Made by a program: the position numbers and the translations under genes. The notes under the pieces were generated by a model. It did not search any database. It saw only the letters and a list, made by a program, of their open reading frames with translations, and was not told the DNA's origin. DNA of 62,118 nucleotides, filler included, from Choristocarpus tenellus KU-1152 (lineage: Eukaryota > Protista > Phaeophyceae): assembly GCA_964200185.2 (NCBI GenBank). It is 11 parts of 11 records of this genome, joined end to end, with 100 filler letters (N's around TTAATTAATTAA, not from the genome) between each part and the next. Parts side by side here need not be neighbours in the genome. Positions count along the whole stretch, not along the records: positions 6,495 to 15,169 come from CAXNAD020004454.1; positions 15,270 to 18,063 come from CAXNAD020024696.1; positions 18,164 to 24,407 come from CAXNAD020008585.1; positions 24,508 to 28,426 come from CAXNAD020017147.1; 7 more parts are not named here. The stretch is one strand, 5' to 3'. Below are positions 13,301 to 24,868 of the stretch, piece by piece (positions within the stretch are counted from its first letter, which is position 1; each line of letters opens with the position of its first letter).

Positions 13301-14871
13301 CAACCACTGCACTAACACCAAAATCACGTTACAACTGCTCAGAAAAAATATGCACCGGCAAAACTCGAAAGCAAGACCATCCATATTTCTATCACAAGAA
13401 GTAGTGGATGTCTATAGCTTGCAGTCTGGCAAATTTTCACCATAGAAAAAAAAAAGGGGAGTTGAGGTGGTTGTGCACATCACTGACATGCAAGCAATTA
13501 GTTCAGCGGGGAAAAAAACTATTCTCGCTGTATACATTGTTGAAGTTGGATCGCACTTACTCTTTAATATTGGGACCTACTTTGTACAGACAAATCACCA
13601 CCCCCTACACAGACTCATAGATTCTTGGGAAGTGCCTGGGGGTTAGAATAAAGGTTACTGTGCTAACTTAGGGTTGGGGATGCAAAAGGTTTTGGCACTA
13701 GGGGTGACCCATCAGAACCTCAGGACTATCCTCCAAGTGCTGTCGATTCTCAATAGACACAACCATTGTATCAATGAACGACCAAATGCGAACCCCCCCC
13801 ATATCCTGTCTAGCAGGTTTTTGTCGCGCTCTAAGCAGAAGTCACAGCGCAAAAAAAAAAATCAAGAGCAGTGCATATTTGAGTACTGCGAGCACTCCTA
13901 TGACGAGGACATCAATCAAATTTTACTTGGAAATGGTCTTCATTGAGTAAAATCGCAGTCAGTCCTGCAAAGAAAGTCAGCTATTCTTCCACCCTATGTG
14001 AAGCAAGGGGAATTTGGGTGTGGTGCTACTTCTGCCACTTACATCAACTGAAATCAGAACAACATATGTAAGAGGACTATTGATGCCTTCATTGATCTAA
14101 TCTAGCCATGCTTCCTGCTCTATCAGAACACAACATTAGCAAGATATTGCCAAAGGCGGCAGGGGGGGGGAGCGCACTGTGGGTATCCAGGTTTTGCAGT
14201 ACCTGTGCTAGGGCACCAACCATCGCATCCTTATCACCAATATCATTGTAAGCAGAGTCAGACAGTGTGTAATCGTCCAGTATAGCCTCATCATCTACAC
14301 CAAGGGTCGCAAGCACTAGTGCTGTGATCAGCCCTGTCCGGTCCTTGCCTGGGAGGAGGTAGGGGGGGGGGGAGGAAAAGGCGGGGGTAAGAGGGGGAGG
14401 GGAGTATTTGTTGTAGTGTCGAACTTTCCGAAAATTATCACATACATAGAACAAGATGAGCTTAGGCATAGGCCATGAACAAGAATTGAACATTCCAAAA
14501 TGGAAGAAACCTACAAAAGGCCACAGTTTTCGTGATAATACTCAAGGTCTAACCAGTGTAAGCCAAAAACTAGCATCCAGATATACCAAAGCATGTAATT
14601 ACTAAACACGAGTCTCTCAAACACGCTTCAGGAAGATGAACGCAGCCAGGTTAACAACTCCGAAGAGCACGCACCAATCTGCAGTCATCACTTGACCTAT
14701 CAAAATCAACTATCCCTTACCATTCTCCGCTCTATAGAGCCTGCCCATGCAGCACTCCACCAATACAAAACCCCCCGAGAGAGCCACACCTGCAGTGCAA
14801 TACAAGGCAACAGGGTGCCTTTCCCTTGAAGCTAGCAGCCGCAGTACCTCATTGATAGCCTCGCCTGAGAA
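12504..14871 (-). CDS. Protein tyrosine phosphatase, Y_phosphatase3/IphP-like, 3' part; exons 14871-14790, 14348-14203, 12668-12504
   Basis: Phase-consistent GT-AG splicing gives FSGEAINEVLRLLASRERHPVALYCTAGKDRTGLITALVLATLGVDDEAILDDYTLS...GALAQRDLDPERFLCAPRHVMEDTLYLLRERHGSVNNYLDSIGFDEGWRQRLRDALLKD*. It has the CTAGKDRTG P-loop and the family's GSV..YL..IG C-terminus. The 5' end is lost at the contig edge. Confidence 0.9.
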
Positions 14872-15879
14872 CTGTACAAGAAGCTGCCAGGCATCGGTCA
14901 ACACCAGCAAAACAAGACCAAAAAAAGAAAGTGCATCACCAAATATGTTGAGAACTAAATTACTATTCCATCGGTTGTTGAAAGCATACGCCTGGCAGGT
15001 GGGTCGGTGTTACTCTGGATTTAGTTACTTGTGAAGTAGTACATATTGTGAAACTGAACAAGGACGCATATCATCGTGTGTAGGAACAGGCACAGTGATT
15101 TTAAGCGATAATTGAGGACACAAGACACGCAACATTGGGGGGGAGGAAAGGGGGGCTTGGGGTACACGGNNNNNNNNNNNNNNNNNNNNNNNNNNNNNNN
15201 NNNNNNNNNNNNNTTAATTAATTAANNNNNNNNNNNNNNNNNNNNNNNNNNNNNNNNNNNNNNNNNNNNGCGCTCCCGATCTCCCCCAAAGATACTTTGG
15301 GTCACAATCAAGTCCACAGAGATAAGAACAAAATAAGCACAAAGAAAGCACAATTTAAGGATCAGCTCCAGCATTGACGACCATAATTGGTTCAAGAAGG
15401 TTCACACATAGTCGGTGTACCTGTATAAGAGAGTTCAATATAAGAGAAAACGGGATATAAGAGAGAGCAAATCGCCTTGTGACGACTCTTCAGGCTGTAA
15501 GAGAGGTTTCACTGTTTTCCTGCCAATTCTCTCTTATACTGAGCAAGCTCACATTTTTTTTCACTACTTGAGTGAGGAGTTTCACAAAAAGCCATGTCTA
15601 AATTGAGCAAAATATAACAAAGGCACAAAGATGCTCGAGACCAGCAGGACACAGCATAGTAGTCTCTTGTCTCTCAGTACTGCACAGTGCAGTACATTCA
15701 TAATATCACATCAAATTTAGATGACTGCATTATACAGATGTAACGATGCCCTGCACAGCAGGATCCAGCTGCAACATGCAGGGTACTACTCCTGGTCCGC
15801 CACAATAACATGCCATAAGTGTTGCATTTATATCGGCTATCTTCATGGCATCTGCAGTGTCGTGGATCCTTTTGGTGCC

Positions 15880-16790
15880 AGCGAAATGAAATGCGTGTGC
15901 AAATTGTGTGTGAGCCCTATAAAGCGCAAGGCTCCGAGTGCTCCAGTTGGTGACAACACGGTGTCAAAGTGCCACGATAAGAAGAACAAGGGCAAGGGGA
16001 AAGTGCTGCCAAATAAATCTATGAGAAAGTCACGTCCTACAAGCCTCACGGTACTGATAATCGTACATGCTTTTGAGCTTTGCAGAGACGGTGGAAGGGT
16101 TGACACTCCTGAAGACCATGATGGGAACTGCGGTTTGCTCAAAAGTTTGGAATTGGTCACAGCACCCTCTACAAGTTGAAGGAGGCAACAGCCATCATGA
16201 AGAAAGTGCAGACGCTGAAGCCTGACGCCAAGTCGACAAGGGGTGCCAAACATGTCTGGTGCATCAGTGCATGGATTGAAAGTCTGAAAGTAGGTTGACT
16301 GTGATCGTGATTGAATTATCTTTTTGCACTGTCTGCTGATGAGGATCATGATTGAATTTTTTGAAATTTTTCGCACATTTCTGTCATACAGTAGTGTCTG
16401 TACTGTGTACTCTAGTATCACGGGTGACTATTTTGCTCGTAGAGGTAAGTCCCACAAGGTGTCCCTATATATTAATGAGGATCTCTCCAATGCTCTTGAC
16501 GCTCTGCACCTCAAACCTAGTGGAAAACCGTCTCAGGCTTCCATCAACGCAGCGAGAGTGTGGATTGGCATGGAAGACAACGGTGAAGTGGCCAATATGA
16601 TACTATAGGACATTAAAGACCAGCTGCTAGAGGAATCCTTGTACCAGTCAGACAATGAAAGTTTGGGTGGCGAGGATGACACTGGGCTTATGGGAGGGGG
16701 CAGCACATTGGGGACCATGAGGAGATGAGCAGGCTCTTCGATGTTCTCGACTCCTCAACTGCTGTACTCTCAAATAGCTGACGAGTTTAC
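15880..16790 (+). pseudogene. Probable pogo/Tigger-type transposase relic
   Basis: Broken frames with AKSTRGAKH (HTH-like) and the acidic C-terminal AARVWIGMEDNGEVANMIL...EESLYQSDNE; resemblance judged by eye only. Confidence 0.35.
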
Positions 16791-16792
16791 AA

Positions 16793-16971
16793 GACTCAAA
16801 GTATCTGAGGGGGGGTGGCGGCTTTCCATTTGGGGTCAATTTTTTCATGTCGCGTTTTTTGTGTGATTTGGTTGCATACGTCCAATGGATAATGTAAGTG
16901 CACTTTTCCTGATTTTGACTCAAATGCACACCCTGGTGTAGACCCCTTCCACTCCCCAGATACTTTGGGTC
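16793..16971 (+). mobile_element. MITE family B (~180 bp; TIR GRCYCAAAGTATCTG followed by poly-G), TSD CAA
   Basis: Both TIRs and a perfect 3-bp TSD. Partial copies at or near contig ends: 15280-15303, 18041-18063, 24372-24407, 24545-24582, 28309-28426, 38698-38730, 50287-50464, 50607-50642. Confidence 0.92.
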
Positions 16972-18299
16972 CAAGCTTAGAAACAACCACCGATGAGTGC
17001 ACCATGACGATGTTTCGTACTAATATGTCTCCAGAAAGCAAAACTGACTTGGCTCAGCGCAATCGGGGCAAGGGCAGTCAAACAGGCGGACTTCCCCGAT
17101 TTTTTTGGCAGTAGCCATTTTTTTATTAGCAAATAAGTTGTTTTACTCAGTGCGTGCGATGGATTGTCCATGGTGGTGCACCTGCATTTGATCCACAGTG
17201 GCGTTTTTGATACTGTCGGTATAATAACCTTGTAGAGTGCAGTTGAATACCTAGGGCAGGACATTAGAGGGAGATTGGCTTTGAACGTTAATTTGATACA
17301 TCTGTCCAGCCATCCAATGGCTCACGGATGCTTTTCTTGGGAAGGTGTACTACAAATATGAGTGAATACATTGTAATGAGTGTAATTTACGAAAGTTATA
17401 GTTATAGTACTCAAGTGGTACCAACAGCTTACCCCTCCGTAGCAATCTTGCTTTTTTTTCAGTGTATTGCCACAAGAAGTATACAACAATATATATATCA
17501 AATGAATGCTTATGACAAGAGCTTTTGAAGGTTTGTATGAATGAATGTACAAACTTTGATGAACAGGAATGATGCCCCGATCAAATAATTGAAAAAACGC
17601 GGAGGAACATCTCTGGCGCAATTTTGATGGTCACAACCTCAAAAGGTACAAAAATGAAGTGGTTGACTGAACTCCCCGCAAAAAACTGATCCGGGTTTGA
17701 CTGCTGCCCCATGTATGTTTTTTGTGGCAAGACAAAAAAATGCAAGATTTGCGGGCATCTTTTTAGCGCCATTTGCAGAATTTTTGAGAACACACACACG
17801 TTACCCACACAGCAACATGAACCACGGCAGTGAGACAGGAGAGCCGCCGAGTCCACTCTGCCCCCTGGATCTACCCTCAGCACCTTCTCTGTCGAGAGGC
17901 GACAGAAAACAAGTACCGTAGGACATTCGGTGCGATGTTAGGTGACGAGAAAGTGCGTGTACTGTGGCGCAGCAGCATGATCAAATCGTGCAATGGACCA
18001 CGCAGCTGCGACACTGACGCTGAGAGAAGATGCATTGAAAGACCCAAAATATCTGGGGGGAGGNNNNNNNNNNNNNNNNNNNNNNNNNNNNNNNNNNNNN
18101 NNNNNNNTTAATTAATTAANNNNNNNNNNNNNNNNNNNNNNNNNNNNNNNNNNNNNNNNNNNNCAGTTGCGCAATTGCCGAGGTATGATCGTCAGCAAAA
18201 ACAACATCGTAGTCGGTTAAGCTCCACTTTAATTGTTCTATATGGACAAACAGGGCAAAACTCGTACCCTCTAAGATACTTTCACTCTCTCGTAAATGT

Positions 18300-18822
18300 G
18301 AAAGACATCAATCTAATTACTATTGTACTACCAACTATGCAGCACCACTGCCCTCCTGTGCCTCCAACCTAGCTTAGTCGTGCATCCCAGGGTGAGGAGC
18401 TAGGGAAGCATCCCAAGAATCTAACAAGCACCTCCTTGCCCATCTCCCTGGTGTCTCCAACTTAAAACGCATGGCACCTCTAGATAGGGCTACTTGTGTT
18501 GTGACTAAGACTATCTGGCAGAGACGGGATTTGACATTCCCTTTTCTGTTGCAACCTCCTGTCCCTCTCTCCCCTACTGGATGCGTAGCTAGCTCATCCA
18601 GAAAGCTTTCTGCTTGCTTACCGAGGCACCCAAAACTTTCCACCGCTAAGGTGTTAAGGTTGTAACTATAGGGGTCAAAAGATCCCTCGTAGCGGGTGCA
18701 CTTTCGTGCCTCAGCAGCAGCAGCAGCTACACCATTGCTGATGGATGAGTGTGGGAGGTGAGATGCTACCTGCACTTCTGCAAAAGTAACATCTAGAAGG
18801 AGGACTTTGTCTCGGTAGGGCT
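18300..18822 (-). mobile_element. 5'-truncated non-LTR retrotransposon, restriction-like endonuclease C-terminus (CRE-like)
   Basis: YRDKVLLLDVTFAEVQ...AAAAEARKCTRYEG...LAVESFGCLGKQAESFLDELA is the D(V/I)T...E.RK...Y...A.ES.G.LG pattern of RLE-clade LINEs. Related 3' ends at 18928-19130 (-), 31190-31310 (+), 32160-32262 (+), 52358-52515 (+). Confidence 0.8.
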
Positions 18823-19198
18823 GTATATTATTATGCCCTCTGACATTTAATTATTATTTTCCAGATATGACGGGGGGAAAACCAAAGAAAACGCCTAATC
18901 AAGTAGCAGTTGTTGTAAATTTGGAATACATTAATCAAATTACTATTTTACTATCAGCTATGCTACACCACTGCCCTTCTGTACCTCCAAACTAGCTATG
19001 TCCTGCACCCCAGGATGAGGAGCTAGGGAAGCATCCCAAGAATCTAACTAGCCCCTCCTTTCCCATCTTCCTGGTGTCGCCAGCTTAAAAGGCACAGCAC
19101 GTCTAGATAGGGCCACTTGTGTTGTGATAGAGTCTATACTTCCTTCCGTCATCCAGATCCTATTCAAGTCCACTAAACTCGCATTCTGAAGTAACATT

Positions 19199-19457
19199 AT
19201 TTCAAAGTGTCTTAGAGGGTAGAGCCGCGTCCATTTGGGGGCCAAAATCCAATGCTGCAATTTCGATGTATTTTCGGTTATTGTGTTTGCTAGGAAGTGT
19301 CAATACCCTTGTTCCGAACAAACCTTTTCATAACGTATACATCTTACCTACTCTGAAACATTTCGGAGTAGGAAAATGTCATTAAAAAAAACATGGGAAG
19401 CGAAGCCCCAAATGGACAAAAAGGGCAAAACTCGTACCCTCTAAGATACTTTCACTC
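19199..19457 (+). mobile_element. MITE family A; a partial right end also at 18242-18287
   Basis: Matches the family consensus; left TIR degenerate. Confidence 0.88.
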
Positions 19458-22400
19458 AACATGATTATTCCCGTATCACCCTTTTCACTGTCATACAAGT
19501 GAGGAATTGTGAGGGTTATTTGTAGTAGTAGTAGTACCAGCAGCAGCAGCAGCAGCGTTATTCATCACAGTGTTATTAGTTTGCAGGGTCCCAGACCATT
19601 CCATGGTAGAAAGTGTAGTCTAAGTGCGGCAGTGCACACTGGCTGAGAAACACGGACACGAACTAGAAAAAGAAAACAAAATGAGAGAAGAAACGAAAAA
19701 AAAAATTGAAGAACCTGTAGGTGAAGAACATTACCACCCCCCAAAATAACATGGAGGAGAGAAGGAAGGAGGAACCACGGATGTAATGATAGTAATTGAA
19801 GATCAACCCCCAAAAGAGAAAAGTTGAAGGAATAGAGCAAGACCCACTTCAGACCACCAGTACTCGCACTCCAAACCAAGCTGGATCACCTGGAGTTCCA
19901 GCAACTAATTTAGTTGACAGTACCCTTGAAGGCTAGGCAAGAAGGGGTAGTGAGGGACAAACTCAGGGATAGGTCTCCCCCTCACGTTGTGGTTCACCAA
20001 CGTGGGTCCCGATTTTCGGTGTTGGATGAGATTGGCGAAGAAGATGATATTTCTTTGAAGACTCTACAGCTACGCACCATTCATTGAATTCTCAGCGACT
20101 TCAACTCTGGCGGGCTGCATGTCCATGAGTTTGTTTTTCCGTGCTGACTGCCATGTCCACCTGCTCTAATGCTCCCTTGGTTGGATAAGTACTGCCCGTC
20201 TTACTGACCGGCTCTTTGTAGTCATCTCCTTATCTGCTAAGGACCTTGCTGTATTCCAATCTTTGCATTTACCTTGGGAGGTAATGCTATTTATCAGTAG
20301 TGAAGACAAGAAGGTGTGAAACTTCACACGGTTCCCCATAGCTGAATGTCATTACATAGTTGAAATTAGAATAGTGACCTTTGTGAGTTGTCTTCTCATT
20401 GCTTGTTAATTATTATTTGTGCTTCCTACATAAGTCAACGATTACGTCAAAGTTGTTGAATGCAAAATAAAAACCCGCACACACATTCCCATTCATAATT
20501 ATGATGTATTTTTCCATTAGTTCCATTAGTTACATCACATGGACTCAATCAAAATGATGATCTCTCATACACAAAATAAGGTACACCTCACTATTGTCCT
20601 ATTTTGCACACAATCTTTCGAGTCTGAAAGTAGATAATGTGTGGTGGCATCTGGTCTCAAATCACTCTTTTCGCAATACTATTTTTGATTTTCTTCTTAG
20701 GTGATGGTGAGGAAGGAACTAGTTCCCACGAGTGAGCACATGGCATATGAGATAACTTCGGATGACTTGTGTTTTCATAACTTTGTTCAAATGCATCCCT
20801 TGGGAAACTCCGAGAGTCCCATTGCCATGTCCATCACTTTATCGCGATGACACATCTTTCCTCATGGAATGAGATAGTTCTTGACACCACCTGTCCATGT
20901 GCGTTGGAATTCCCTCTGGATTATTTTTTCGGAGGGCTATTTACTTAAACATGTCCATGTGGCAACGGGCACTGCGTTTTTAAACAGAATGTGGCTAGCT
21001 GTAAGTAACTTTATTCGACAGATCCAAATAAATGAAGTTGGCAGACCAAAACACACGACTGCCTGTCCTAGTGTATGCTCAACAATTGTTGCCCATCCTT
21101 CTTCTTCAGGCCATTCGGTCCACGCTCACTCCACCCAAGACTTTGGTGAGTTGACTGACACACCACCTCTAAGAGGCGCATCACGATGGGGTGTTGAGTT
21201 GAGGGAGAGGCCATATGGTTTCTGTGGTGAAAAAAATTGTGACAGGTATGACAGAACTACGTTTCTCCAATGTGGAACCATTGCAGAAACTGGGACAGGA
21301 ACACTAGGTTGAGGTCAATGCTTTTCAATGTAAGAAATACAACCTGTCACTAATTAAAACCCAATGAAACGTGTATGTATTGATGATAACAAGGAGTAGA
21401 CAATATGTATGGTCCATGTGTCTAGGACATTTTTGGACATAATATATCATAGAGAATTTTACTTGGAAATACTGAGAGATATAGTCCGATTTAGCAAATC
21501 ACCATTTTGATTAAGGAAGGGAAAATGTATCCTTGCGTCTTCTATTATTTAGGAAATATACAATGATATCACCTTTGGTGTAAATTCCAACAAACAAATA
21601 GACTTTTCTCCAATATTGATTGATAATAGAGTGTTTGCGCGAAATGAATTCACTATTGGAAAGTTATATTTATCGCTCCGCGTTTTACCAGTAGTATTTT
21701 TAATCACCTTATGTGATGAAATTTCTCATTTCTAGTTGGAAACAATAGTGAAAATCATTATGCCTTCGGTAAGACCCTCGGGACAACACTCAAAGGTTTA
21801 ATGATCTCATAGAGGAATTATCCAATCGAAGCGACCAATCCGCATTTGTTTTAGCCAACCAAAATGCTACAACGGATGGATTGTAGAAGGACAAGACTCG
21901 CAATGGTTTGGGTACCATGGGAGATGTGCATGTTATGTTTGCTAGCATGTCACACCCTTTCACTGGCTCAGCCGAAACTCCAATCGTTAGGCAGGAACTA
22001 GGACTACCTCACTAGAACAGGACGTCCATGCACGATGAGGTATCAACCCAGACTTCACTGCCACACCAAGAGATTGCCTACAGTGTAGTGGCAACCCTCG
22101 CACCGAAGCTTCAACCTGTTTTAACCCAGAACTCCTCGCTTGCTGCCTGTGGTGCCGTAAAAACAACGTGCTTCGGTTCCTGTGAAACATGAACCTCGTT
22201 CATTCCAAAAAGAAAGGCATCAAAACCCGTTCGACCAGTCAAATCCGTTCCCCACCCTGTGCTTCGATCCCCACTTACTTTAGCCACAGACAGGGAGAGC
22301 TATAGAAGTCGACACCATTAGGACAAAGACCTACCTCCATCGCTCAATCCACTAGGGAATATCCAGGGAAGGTTCGAAATAGACCGAAGCTAACACAGGC

Positions 22401-23427
22401 TACGGCAGACTGCTCTTTCGTCACGGGGTCCCCACTAACCATGCTGAAGATGGTTTGAATTTGACCGCACCTTCGGGTGGCGTTTCTTGTTTTGCATTTT
22501 TTCTTTTTGATTGTGAATTTCATTTTATACAATCTGATTTTCGTAGTGGATTTTTCTTATGCCCATACCATAATGAATTTCATTTTCCTCAAACACCCTA
22601 TTTGATCAAATGAACCTGATATTGTCGATCTTTTCCAAAAAAAATTTATTGGATGAGATCACATCCAAACGTCATGTTATTATGTCGCAAAGTCGAAAAC
22701 CTGTCTTTTTCTGGATTTGTGATGCATTTTGTTGACAATGCACCTAAAACTGTCCAAATTGCAAACGTAACCCACCAACCAACATGACAATGATGAAGGA
22801 AGAAGTTTCGTGAGCTTTTAAGTCACAATTTATCGCACACAAAAGCGCACATTATAGACTGGTTATGAACAGTTAGTGATTCAGGGTGATAGGCTCATTC
22901 CAGGCGCTATCAATATCTTGTGTAACCCAATGGGTTTTTGGTCGTGAATGATGACTGATCATCTGCCTATCAAGTTGGGGAATTTTGAAAACCAAGGAAG
23001 GAGAGGCAAAGGCTTTCGAGTGCCTTTCCAGAAACGGGTGGTTTGTTGAAAATAGAGTCATTGGGATGTTAGCACAAGTTTATTTCTGGTAGGAACGAGG
23101 GCGTGATGGTAAGCTCAACAAGAAAAACACTGGAGTGGGCATGGATGCCGACTTGAGATGTGCATGTAAAAAAAGTCAAATAGGGAGGGACTGTGGTGAA
23201 GCCTTTCATTTGTCTGGGAGAATCGCTTGGGGTACGTTTCGGGAACATTCAGATGTCCGCTGCTGCAATGGAGGATTTGGTGAGGTCACATATAGCCTTA
23301 GACCCACACAGGTTGGGAGTTAGACTCGGTAAGGTCATGTGGAGGCTGCAAGGAAGTCCAACTCCAGTTAAACCCTCATTGAATCTTCCCCACTACTATC
23401 AGTCCCTCACGAAACTCCATCGTCACA

Positions 23428-23717
23428 GATGCCGACCTTGAATGCTTCAGCACTTTGTGGGAGTTGGGATGATCAGGTAGTCCTTGCGATACAGATATGC
23501 AGCAGGAAGAATACCGACAATCACGATTTTTTCCTCAATTCCACAAAGGAATATGCGGGAATGAACAACTTTCTGTCATCGCGTCACTCTTAGTTGTCTG
23601 TATTCTCTTTGCTGCATATCTGTATTGCAAACCTGGTTGTTTGCATTGTTACTATAGCAGTGAGATATTGCCCATCCCAAGCGCCAAGAAGTGCTGAAGC
23701 ATCTGAGGCTAGTATCC
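23428..23717. repeat. Diverged fold-back (arms 23428-23520 and 23594-23717)
   Basis: ATGCTTCAGCACTT pairs with AAGTGCTGAAGCAT; TTGCGATACAGATATGCAGCA pairs with TGCTGCATATCTGTATTGCAA. Confidence 0.75.
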
Positions 23718-24868
23718 AGCGTTTTGCTCAGTCTGAGAAGATGGCCAAGTCCCTCGATGACAGAAAGGCATTCATACCAAGTTTTTCGGGTAATTAATAC
23801 ACTGCGCTACAACTTGAGGCAGTGCACCAGGTTGCTTTTCATGTGGGCAAGGAAAATTCAGTGCAAGGCATTGAGTACGCAGAAGCGTACTGTAGCTATT
23901 GGGCCTCTTGCTTAGTCTACGAGGATGACCAGGTCTCTTGACAACATGAAGGTGTTCATGTCCGCATGCTCATGAAATTGAGGAAGAACTCGTAGTTTCA
24001 GAGGCATCTGAATTCCGATCATTCAAGTCAGTTCCATGCTTTGGCCTACATGGCAACAGTAGATAAGACATGGGTAGACCTCTATGGTAATTGAAGGAAG
24101 TCCATAGGTGTACACAGTAGCAATCCACCGGAAACAACCAATAGTTGGGCTGACTGACGTGGTCAGTCAGAAGGCCAGACCTTGGTCGATTTTCGTTAAT
24201 GGTAAACACTTAATAAGAGGTTTTCTGTGCTGATTAATGTAAACGTTGTGTTTGATTGGACAGTTTCATAGCCTAGTCGAGACAAGAAACTCAACCAACT
24301 GTCCAAGTCATGTTTCGTCCTTGATCATTTTCAAGATGCACACTTTTTTCTACCATAAATGGACATAATTTGACCCAAAGTATCTGGGGGGGGGGGGCGG
24401 TCTACACNNNNNNNNNNNNNNNNNNNNNNNNNNNNNNNNNNNNNNNNNNNNTTAATTAATTAANNNNNNNNNNNNNNNNNNNNNNNNNNNNNNNNNNNNN
24501 NNNNNNNTTGGTTTTCTGCTTGTAGATCGGAGTTTGGTTTTGGTCCCCCCCCCCCCCCCCCCCCCCCCAGATACTTTAAGTCGTTGATTCAATGTATAGT
24601 ACCAAAGCATAGCCAAGAAATCGCCAGACTGACGATTTTGAATCTAAATAAGAGATTCCTGTGGGTCAGGTATTGGGGAGATCAGCCGTATAAGGTATAC
24701 CTCCGATATACATACATATCTGCTTAACCGTACGATATAATACTTCATGCTGTCATTGGTGTCTTTCACGGCCATACCATTCCGCCAACGCTGACAATTC
24801 TAGATTTGTCACCCTTGCTCAAAGCAACATGTGCATACCATCCCATTGGCTAAGACATGTTGCCTCTC

